This document shows positions 14,001 to 26,000 of a stretch of 64,000 nt of DNA, in pieces (position 1 is the stretch's first letter; every line of letters begins with the position of its first letter). The position numbers were made by a program, and so were the translations under genes. The notes beneath the pieces were generated by a model. The model did no database searches and was not told where the DNA came from. It saw only the letters and a program-made list of their open reading frames with translations. Source of the stretch: Owenia fusiformis (Eukaryota); contig CAIIXF020000001.1 in NCBI GenBank assembly GCA_903813345.2, forward strand, positions 4,154,001 through 4,218,000. Direction: 5' to 3'.

Positions 14001-17000
14001 CACTGCAGACTCTTGATATTCTTATTATCTGTGACACATAGACTCCATATGATTGTTTTCTTGGAATGTTTCCTGAAAGGTCTGGATAGGAAACTATATT
14101 GAAATTAAAATCCTCTCTCTTATCATATATTTGTGTAGTAATTTTCTTGTGTTCTATTGTAAGTTTCATGTCAAAAAATGTTGCTTTATTGTTGTTTGCA
14201 TTTTCTTTGTTCAGTTTGAGTTCAGGAGGGTATATATTTTCCCTGTCATTTTCTAATTTTTCATCATTATTTATACTGCATAAGTCATCTATGAATCGAG
14301 CTGTTTTATTATATTTCATTGCTCTTCTATAATCTTCTTTAAACATTTTTTCCATTGCTGTATATTCATATGCATAGAGATATAGATTTGCCATATATGG
14401 TGCTGGATCTATATTCCCATCGGTATTCCAATTTTTTGTCTTCTTTATTAAAGGTTGTCATTTTGGTTCCAGTTCCTCCCCATTTTGCATCTTCACCATT
14501 TACACTAATTTTTTGATTTCTTCCACCTTTAAATGCCTTTGCTCTGGTCCATTTTAGTTTTTCTTTCAGATCTTGTAGGTTTATATTTGTATATAGGGTC
14601 GAAAAGTCAAATGTCACGATATTCCTTGCTCCATTTCTCATATTTACTTCTTTAACAAATTCTAGGACATCATTGTTATTTTGGCAAATCCACATCCTGT
14701 TTGTTCCAGTTAGGTTTTTGATCTTTGACGGATGGACTGAGGGCTTCACTATATCCCTACAGAACTTCGTTCGTTGGGATAAAAAACATAATGTAACAAA
14801 AATAAAGAAATTATTTCAGTTTCGTAAAGGCCTTTTGTGTCTTCCTTTGTATTCAGAATGTTCACTTTAAGAAAGTATTGGTAATATTTGTGTTTTCCAA
14901 TATAACGATAAAGCAAAATGTTTGATTTGAACATCTATTTTGAGCAAACAGCACAAGTTAATTCAAACCCACTCTGATAATTTGGACAAGGTAGTGACCA
15001 GCCACACTTAGATTCAGTCACATATAATCTTCCTCCATCCTTGTTCCTTCTTGCTATATCTGCCTCTGGTGCTTCATCCACACATATGAACTCAGCTTTC
15101 TGATTGGTGATATGTTCAGTCATAATATAGCCATTGTACTCCTTGGTCCAGGTGTCTGGGCATGATTTATAGGCAGGAATCATGACCTGACTAACCCGCT
15201 GTGGCACCCTACACACTGCACATACAGCCTCGCGGTCATGTAGCCATGAAGCTGGTTCAGTTGGATCGGGAAAATTGTCTGTAAGGAATGGGTTGTTGGC
15301 TTGCAAGTGATACTCAACTCCATGAATATGGGCAGATGACTGTATACCAGACATGGTTTTCCCCCACTCTGGATCCCTGGGCAGGCACAAATAGTTGGCA
15401 CCACCACCTGTTTGATCAAACCAGGTTTTGCCCATGATACCTGGAAAATCAAAGATTATGTTTTTTCCAAAAATGGTGGCCATTTTTAAATTAAGTGCCC
15501 ATCTTGAAAATCTCTTCTTGAGCAAGGCTCTTTTGTTTGACATCCCAAGTTCTTATCAATGCATTTTGAAGCAAACCATTTAATGGATCAATTTTGTAAT
15601 TGTAATTACAGAGTGTCTCAAAAAAATGTTACACTCACAAAAAGTTCAATATCTTTCATAATTTTGACTTTTCCCTAAAATATACTTTGGATACCAAAAG
15701 ACAAATCTTTCTAGAATAATTTGACACCATCAAATTCAAAATCTGTCATTGATTGGCTCCACATGACAGCTTTTAGTGTCCCATGGTAAAATGTGACTTG
15801 CGCCAACTTCTAAGTGATTGGATTGACCAAATGACAAAAGAGGAACAGTTTCTTTAATATTTAACTTTCTTCTGAGTAGAAGCTTGACCTTAAACTGAGT
15901 CATTATGTAATTTTCCTATTTGTCTTACATATGATCATTGGGTCTATCCACATAAACATGTGGTCCCCTCAACATGTTCTCCAAATTAAACTTGAGGTAC
16001 CCTTGCCCATGCGCGCATGAATTGTAATATCACTCTGATTCTATCAATTATTTTTGCAGAAGTTCATTTAGGTCAGTTTGTAATGCTGTAAACTGCTTTC
16101 AGAGGCCCTTAAAAAACTCAAGGGTGTAAAGTGGGATGACCCTGGGGGCCAATCCATTGAGTAATTCAATGCTATCTTCTAATTTCTAAAGAGTTCTACC
16201 AAACGATCTGCCACAGGCCTTTGCACCATCCTGTTGCCATCATAACAAAATTGAACACTCTGACAATGAAATCTTGTATTTCTATCAAGGAAAGAAAGAA
16301 CTGGATCATTGATCATATCAAGATATCACTGTCCAAAGCATTCACACCAAAAAAGAATTGATCATCACATGTCCAGCCACTGAGAAGTTGGCGCAAATCA
16401 GATTTCCCATGCGTCTATAAAATCTGTCCTGTGCAGCCAATCTTGGACGGATTTTGAATCTGATGGTGTGAATTTATTCGAGAAAGACTGGTCTTATGGT
16501 ATCTAAGTATATTTTAGGGGAAAAGTCAAAATCATGAAAGATATTGAACTTTTTGTAAGTGTAACATTTTTTTTGAGACACACTGTAATGTCCATGTTTT
16601 AATCTCACCTGAATAGACTTGTTCTACATTATTTGGACAGACAGTTCTCCCCCATCTCACATACATGGCACCTCCAGTGTGATTGCCTGAACTAGAGGTA
16701 CCACTACTTGAGCTATTACTGGAGCACTGCTCTTTCTGGTGCAATCCTATCAAATAGCTGATATCTTCAACTGATAATCCTTGTGCACTTATCCCCTGGA
16801 AATATAAATGTACTCCACATCAATCAACCATCATTACTGAAAAAATAAAGTTGAAATTAAATAATGCTGCAATTTGTAATAAATGTAAAGGCTTACATCT
16901 CTTCCATTTTTCCCTCGACTACCATCTCTACCTGCTGGTCCGGGTGGTCCAGGTGGTCCATGTGGTCCAGGTGGACCTTGTTGCCCAGGCATGCCATCTC

Positions 17001-20000
17001 TTCCATCACGTCCATAGATACTGCAACCTTGAAAATGAGCACACTAATACAGTAACTGAACTATTTGGGTTAATAATCCTATCAAATGAAATTCGGGGGA
17101 TATATGATATGTAGAGAGCGGCTCCATCCATACGTATGTCCGTCTGTCCAGTCAATAACTAAAATACCATTGGTCCAATATTGTTTATATTTTATAAGTA
17201 TTTGCTCTACACTGTATGTGAGTATAAGTTCTGCTTGAAAGCTAATTTTCAAAATGGCCACCAGTTTACGGCTGTAAATTAGGAACCACATATAAAACCT
17301 TAAAAAAAGGTATACAACTTAATATGATTTAAATCCAAAAGTATATAGTATATGAATATATATATATATAAATGACTAAGTTGAAAATCTACTTATCCAA
17401 AAAAACTTGCACCCATCTTGAAAAATGGTAGCCGTTACATGCTGTTTTATGATTTTTGTTGTATCTGGAGAAGCAGTGGACCGATTTTGATCATAGTTGA
17501 TATGTGAATAGGCATGGTACACTATATTATGAGACTTTGGCTCGATGGCGATCATTTTGAATAATGGCCACCATATTTCCAGTATTATTTAACCCTTTTT
17601 AACTAAAACTGGAAAAGTAGTGGACCGATTTTGTTATTTTACATGTGAATAATCTTAATAAACTTTCTAATTTGGCTTTTCCTGAAATGCCAGCCATGGC
17701 TGTTCAATGCGATTTGCTATGCTTTGGTGTTGCTGTTATCTAGTCATCTAGTCTCTTTTAATTAAATTGTATTTAGACTTGCCTCTTATTCTTGTTATTA
17801 AAGAGCCAATCATACTTAAAGCCATGCCCTGGTGTGTATTAAAAGCCTAAACAATCATTCTATTTGTACTATGAGTACATGTTTAACTTTAATAGCAAAA
17901 GAAAATATTTTCAGACATTCTAAGCATTTTAGGAAAGATTTTTTGGATTTTAGTGGTAAAAGGTTATACTAACTTGCAGATGTACCGGCAGCTTGACGTT
18001 TTCCACGATCTAAGTTAATGAGGTCATCCTGCTTTTCTTTTCTTTCATCAGCATAACGCCACTGCTTTAAGGCAAATAAAAAATATGTATGTAATATTTC
18101 AACTCAAATGAAGTTTATAGGACAGAGTATGTTCTAATATTAAAGGCCAATGCAAATGCAACACTGAGAAAAGGCATCTAATATAAAATATTTATAATAA
18201 GATAATGGAGTTCTATGCAAAGAAGAAACATAACATTGTAAAAGTTATTCCTTGGTCTGAAAAAATTATTTTCAAAATTGTCGCCAGTGTTGAAAACAAA
18301 GGCAATAGAGACATATTCAATGATTAATAAAAAAAATTATAGAAAGTGTAAAGAATACACATAACACATTGGCTTAATTCTTACATGATAGTCGTATAAG
18401 CTATTATACACATACCTGATCTTCCAGGGTTTCAATCCGAGTCTTAAGTTCTGCTATCTCATCTTCTCCTGTTTGTACTTTCACCTGGACATTCAGTAAT
18501 TCATCCTTCACTTTAAGTAACTCATTATAAAAGGTAATAGAGCATGCAAGAGACGCAACAGCTAGGCATATTGTAAATACCATCACAATTGATAGCATGC
18601 ACATTCTATCCTTATTCTCCATTTTCATTTTTTCTTGTTTTTGGAGTTCCGAACTTAAGAAAACCTGTTAAGCTTCCTATCACTTTCAAAATTATGATCT
18701 TGAAATGTTATTCGGATATTTTGTAAAAGAGAAACATCATTTAATGATTCCTGGAACATTAAAATAAAATAATTTTTAGAATTTATGTTTGTTTAGTAAA
18801 GGATGACCTTATCAGTTTTTATTATCCTGTTTGTTTTCTTAGAACATGGTTATTTATCAAAACATTTTTCTGTTAATACAAGTTCAGGGTTATAACAAAA
18901 AGGTTTTTTTTGAAGTAAACATGTTGACATTTAAAATACAATAAAAGTAAAACTTGTTGATAATAAATAAAAATTAAAGAACCTTTTTTCACTTTGCACC
19001 TATTTATGAGGATCCCAGCTGTGGCATAATGGTTGAGAAATGGGGATCGAAACCAGCCATAGTTTTTTCCTGATGACCATTTTGAAAGATTGTATATTAT
19101 GGATTATAGTGTCAGCTTTGGGGATGAATTTGACTTTTTGTAATAACTTCAATATGAATGAAATGTCCCTTGGTGTTATGGTCTCAGATTGTGATATCCC
19201 ACTTGAATGGTGGGGGAGGGGGGTATTAGACACCTTTTCTTTTCACGATGGATTGTGATTTGGGATCATCTGGGTTTCCCTTATGACTGGTATACTCTCG
19301 GATGTTCTCATTTTCTTGCTGTGTTCTGTAACCATTTTTAATGGTACTTTCCCGTTGGCACTTGGCACTGTTTAATATTGTATTCATGATCTGTGTTTTT
19401 GTATAAGGTACTTTGTTCAAACTCTCTGGGTTGCAATGGTATAGATGGTTAATAGCCCTTGGAAGGTTATACAAAATAAAACAAAGAATTCTAGGCATTG
19501 TATTAAAATGATGTTGTATAAATAAAAATGGATAACTCAGTGGTGATATAATGGTAAATTCCTTGTTGGGTGTGATGTTCGGGTAGGCCAATATATGCCA
19601 AATTCATTAAAATGATCACCTAATGTATCAATGAAAACTGTGTTTCTAAAGTACTTCGAGTAGAAACTGCATACAGAATTCAAATATGTTATCAAAGAGA
19701 ACAATTTGGTCATCGATGGTTAAACATGCAAAAATATCATTAAATAATTAATTATCATTAAATGAATTTTGGGGAAAAATTTCGAAAATGGGTGAAAATT
19801 ATGTATACAAATCCTAAATTAATGGGTATTGTTCAAGAGAAGTTAAAATTGAACGAGGTATCCGACAAGGTTGTCCATTATCGGCACTGTTATTCATATT
19901 ATGCACAGAAATAATGTCAAATAACATAGAAAAAAATGATAAAATAGAAGGTATAACTATAAACAATAATGAAATTAAAATACTACAACATGCGGACGAT

Positions 20001-23000
20001 ACAACAATTATGTTAAGACAAAAAGACTCAATAATATATTTTCTTGAAGAAATAAACAAATTCTCAAAATTAAGTGGCTTAAAGTTAAACTTAGATAAAA
20101 CACATGGTATATGGCTTGGAAATCAGAACAATGAACCAGATTTATACAAGAATATAAAATTTACAAAGAAACCAATTAAAGTCCTTGGAGTTTATATTGG
20201 AAATGATCTTAAAAAGTGTGAAGAATTGAATTGGGACCCAAAATTTTTAGAATTCGAAAAATTATTTGAAACGTGGAAGAAAAGAAAACTGACCTATTTT
20301 GGAAAAGTTCAAGTGATTAATAGCTTAGGGATTTCAAAACTAGTTTATAATTTTTCAATACTGAATGTGCCTGATTATGTTTTAAAGAAAGTGAATAAAA
20401 TAATTTTTGATTTCTTATGGAAAAGAGATAGATTAAAAAGAAATACAATTATAGGAAAAGTTGAAAATGGGGGTCTAGGGCTAGTAGATCTAGAATTGAA
20501 AATAGCTTCAATTAAAGGAAGTTGGGTAAAACGAATCTTTTCTGAAGATAATACTTGGAAAAATATACCAGAACATTATATTAAAAAATGTGGATTTGAG
20601 GTAAAAGATTTCATTAAGACTACATTTACACAAGAAATAAAGATAAATATGCCTAAATTCTATAAGGATATTTTTAGTGCATTCAATAGATGTAAAATTG
20701 ACAAATTAAACAAACAAAATCTTTTTGGTGAAATCTTTTGGCTAAATGAAAAATTAGTGAGCAACAAGGGAAACGTTTTTTACAGCCATAATTGGATAAA
20801 AAGTGGGTTTATCTATATAAAGGATTTTTTAAAGATGGAGTTTTTATTGATGAGCAGTATATTCTGAATAAATTGATAAAGAAACACAATTGGATGATCG
20901 AATATATAAGAATAAAAGGTTATTTAAATAAACTCACTCAAAATTTGGATAGAAAAACAGAAAAATATACAAATATAAAAGCAAAAAACAATTACCTTAT
21001 GAAAGATGGTAAATGGATGCATATACAGCATATCAATGCTAAACGATTATATAATATTTTACTAGAAAGTAAACATGAAAGAAGCATTATGGAAAGACAC
21101 TGGGCAACAATTTTCAGCACACCAAGATGTAAAACGTTCTATGGGAAAGTATATGATTCAAAAATAAAAAATATGATATATAAAAAACATGCAGAATTCA
21201 ATTTTAAGCTTTTCCATAATATTTTAGCATGTGGGAATACTATATACAAATGGAATAAAGAAATTAACCAGTATTGTAGTGAATGAAGAGTGATACAAAC
21301 TCCAAAACATTTATTACTGGACTGTAAGATTGTACAAAATATTTGGGAAAAAATTAGAAATATCTTAAGATGTGATATCAAATGGAAACATTTTATTTTA
21401 GGGTTCTATATGTTGGAAGGTAATGTCTCTCAGTCAAGAAATGTAATTCTCACAATAGTGGGATATACAATTTATTCAAATTGGGTTAAGAACTCAAATA
21501 ATATGGACAGATACAAAAGTATAAATTTTGAAAACACTGTAATCAACCGACTGAAATTATACATTAACAATTTAGATATGATGAAGAGTGAAAAAAATGT
21601 TGTTCTAAAAAATAGCTTAGAGATCTTTTTAAAACAAATTTGAATAGACTATGTATGTGTATTGATATATTGTCATGTATTTTAATATATTGTATATATG
21701 TTTAATTTGCAAATTGTATCAGATGCTGGCACAGTTTTGCCGGAAGTTTACAAGAAGTAACTTTTGGCAATGCAGTATGTTAGAGTAACCTAGTAGGTGT
21801 AAGAAAATATAAGGTGATGGCCTTTAAAGTGGTAAAAGCAATTTTCACGGCCGAATTGGACTTCAATTCCTGCGATTTCAGGGGGTAGTATAAGATTATT
21901 TCATAACATAAAGGATATAGTTGCTATTGTTCTGCTTTCTACAGCACACATTACTAGTCCAAAGATGAATAATATCCTAAAGTTATAGGCCGATATCTGT
22001 ATTAGTCTCAGAAATATTGCAATTAATAGGAAAAAAATACGCAATTTTAGTCATTTTTAAGTCTCACGTATCTTATATTTGTAGCTTCCAGCAAAAGATG
22101 GCAACTTAAATAGCTCAAAATTGTTTTCTAAAAACTAATTCAAGCTTTGTTTGATATTGTAATACAATTATAATAATGATAATGTACTATTTATGATTTT
22201 TAATATGACTTTATAGTACCCTACCCCTGGAAAGTGGGCGTGGTCAATGTTATCATTTTGCAGCATACAATTAAAAACTTGTATTGATAGAAAGCAAATC
22301 AATGCATATAAAACATCTTCACTTGTTACTTGACAATGTAATTCATTTATTATTAAAAAATATAGACTCTACATATTTTATATATACAATTTCAATTTTG
22401 TACAATGTATCATAATGAAATCTAATAGGCTGTTTCAATTTCCAAACTTTTTCTCGGATCACCCTTACCTTTTGACAAAATGATCTACTATATGACCAAT
22501 AGCCACAAAAAATAGCAGAACTGATCAACGTTTAAACCCCCCCCCCCCCTACCCCTAAGTTTGTTTTGTATGGGGTCCGCCACAATGCAACAAGTCCATT
22601 TTCAGTGCTTACTATCACATGGAATATAAGTCACAATGTTTCCACAATATCTGGGCAATGAGATAGTGCCATTAAGAACATGTATGCCCAGATTCAAGAT
22701 CATGGTGTAAATGCTTGCCGATCTATCGGCTTTCAAAAATGAGGAAAGTTGTCTTGAGTGCCGTTTCAACTAATTTTGAATTAAAACTGCTACTTATGAA
22801 TTTTTTTCTCAACAACTGTGATTTGGTTAGAGTCCAAACACAGGATATATATATATCTTTTATTGACTCTTTAGATGTCATATCATGACATATTAGTCAC
22901 TAAGGTAGAGCAGTTCTTCCCATTGTCGAGTTGAAGAATTGGTATCTTTATCCTGGCTTGAACCATAGACAATTCTAGCCAGCGCCAGCCTTTTATCGAG

Positions 23001-26000
23001 TTAGCAGCACTCTAGTGATCGCCGGTATAGGTCAGCAGTCATAGGTCAAAGACAAATCACAAGAAGTGCTGTGACCTGGGTTTGAACCAAAGACCTCTAC
23101 TTTTTTAGCCTGAAGCCAGACTTCCTGCTTTTCAGACCAATGCCTTAACCACTAGGCCAACCCAGTGACCACATCCAGACATAGTGCTACCAAATTCTGG
23201 TATTGAAAATTTCAGAGCTCTAGATCAAGTATTCATATCTGCATGGACTCTTAAAAAGACCCAAAAGACACAAAATGCAGTCAGATATCGCCAAAAAATG
23301 TGACAAAATGCACTATTCAGAACAATTTATCTCTTAAATTTTACTTTTATTTACCATAATTTCTGATTCTGCCTCTGGTTGGTAATACCAATAATACATA
23401 TGAGTAGACTTAAGGTCATAGTAAGTGTAGTTACAGATTTATTAGCATCTAAAAATGGGAGAAGCAGTGTAGCAAGTGCAATTTTCACCTATAATTCATA
23501 ATATTAAACCGCAGATTTCAGGATTTTCTTCTCTAAAACAAGAATTCCGTGAGACCCCAAAAGACTGGATTCCATATCACTGTACCACCAAATATATATG
23601 AGAGTAGTTTCAGGAGGTTATATCAAATAATCATTGAACCATTGACACCTAAAAATATGCAAAATACAGTCAGAAATGGTGAAATTGTGATTGTGAAAAA
23701 ATGTATGTATTCTTAACAATTTTTTAACTATACTGTATTTTATTTAGAACTGAAACTTGAAGTGCTTACTAGGAGTTACATCTAGTTATTATTTATTAAG
23801 TGACTTCAGCATCCGGATTGATATAATATAGGAATATCCTATGGTTTTGAAAAAATATCATTTATATCCATGAGTGGATATTGATATTTTCATGAGTGAG
23901 CGCAGCGAGTGAGTGAAGATATTTGTATCCATGAGTGGATATAATTGATATTTTTGAAAAAAAATTATTTATCCCATGGGAAATCATCATCAGCGAAAAA
24001 ATGTGAAAAATATAATTCGAGAAAAAATTTGAAAAAATAATTGAAAAAAAAATTGTGAAAAAATGTTGAAATTTTTGAAATAAATATTTTTGAAAATAAT
24101 CAAAAAATGTAAAAAGAAATGTTTTTTGAAAAAATTCGAAACCATGGAATATCACTTTTCAAACCACCGAATATCACTTTTTAAGACGTGATATTCGATA
24201 GTTTAAAAGTGATATTCGATGGTTTGTGAATTTTTTGCTAAAATATTATAACTTGATCCACATATCAAATATATCTTCATGTGATATTCGATCTATATCC
24301 TTGCAACCATGGAATAATCACTGATATGCTTAAGACCAAAAACCTATAAAGAATGTTATTATTGAATACTGAGAATACATTGTTTTTACATTACGGAGCT
24401 TTATTTCTAACTGCTGAAAGTATTTTGGAACATATCTCTTGCTTAAATATTTCACGCAATGTTACTTTCAAAAACTTTCTTAGAACAATTAGTCCATCCT
24501 ATACTTTCACATGTTATTCTCCATTTCGTTTTTAAAAATTGTGGGAGCTTTAAACTCTAGAAGAGCTTAATTACCAATTATACCATGCACCCTCTTTGCC
24601 CTCCGTCGCATTTTTCTTAGAATGGCCAGGCATATTTCAAATTGAAGAGTAAAGTCAGTTAAAGTGATATATAGCTGTATATAACAACGTATCTTTCACT
24701 TGATACTGTGATGTCAAGCTTAAGCATTTAAACAGTGTATTTTGTCCCAAGATACAATAAAGTACTGATTTCATTTATTTATCAATTCAGATCCCTTGGA
24801 ATTAAAGTAAACACTTGGTATATATTACCAATATTATTTTTACCTATTATTGGTGGTACAATGACCAGGTTTCCTTTAATGTCTTTGGTCTTACTGTGCA
24901 GTTTTGTAAAAAGAAAATTCAGAAAGTTACAGTCTTAGATGAAAAACTGGTGAAAATCATACTTGCTACAGCTTTTCCCATTTTCAGAAGCCAACAGATC
25001 TGTACTTCCACTTACTATGACGTTAAGTCTTCTCATATGTATTATTGGTGGTACTAACTGGAGGCAGAATCAGAAATTATGTCAAATAAAAGTAACATTT
25101 AAGAGATAAATTGTTCTGAATAGTGCATCTTTCATATTTTTCACGATATCTGACATTTTTTTTGTCCTTTTGCCTCTTTTTAAAAGTACATGCAGAAGTG
25201 AATATTAAATTTTGATCTAGAGCTCTGAAACTTCCAATATCAGAACTTGGTAGCATTATGTCTTGGTATCTTATGTTTGGGGTCTAAAAAAGTCACAGAT
25301 GTTGAGAAAAATATTCATTAAGCAGCAGTTTCAGTTCAAAGTTAGTTAAAACTGCACTCGCGACAGCTTTCTCTATTTTTGAACGCCCATAGATCGGTAA
25401 GTATTAGTATTAGGACCTTGAAACTGCTCATATTATGTAGTCTTTGTGGTACTTTCTCATTGCAAAGGTAATTTGGAAACACTGTGACTTACATTTCATG
25501 CGTTAGTGAACACTGAAAATGAACCAGCCTATTAGATTTCATCATGATACATTGTACAAAATTGAAAATGTATATATAAAATATGTAGATTCCTATATTT
25601 TAGTAATGAATGAATTACAATGTCAAGTAACAAGTGAAAATGTTAAAAATGCATTGATTTGCTTTCTATCAATATAAGTTTTTAATTGTATGCTGCAAAA
25701 TGATAACATTGACCACGCCCACTTTCCAGGGGTAGGGTACTATAAAGTCATATTAAAAATCATAAATAGTACATTATCATTATTATAATTGTATTACAAT
25801 ATCAAACAAAGCTTGAATTCGTTTTTAGAAAACAATTTTGAGCTATTTAAGCTGCCATCTTTTGCTGGAAGCTACAAATATAAGATAAGTGAGACTTGAA
25901 AATGACTAAAATTGCATATTTTTTTCCTATTAATTGCAATATTTCTGAGACTAATACAGATATCGGCCTATAACTTTAGGATATTATTTATCTTTGGACT

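Noticed and set aside
14935-15543. ORF-track proteins starting [16 protein letters not shown] (also 27643-28251) as stand-alone single-exon genes
   Set aside because: The N-terminal ~34 aa is intron sequence upstream of a ttttccag acceptor and is not shared by copy C. The true start lies four exons upstream.
18990-19600. ORFs upstream of copies A and B (19000-19591, 30328-30582) and 26331/34238 as conserved small genes
   Set aside because: They recur only because the spacer is duplicated. Lengths and frames differ between units and no motif was recognised.
23071-23165. Functional tRNA gene
   Set aside because: A and B boxes are present, but no convincing cloverleaf was seen. The sequence is fused to a LINE-like tail and absent from the opposite foldback arm, so it is best read as a SINE head.
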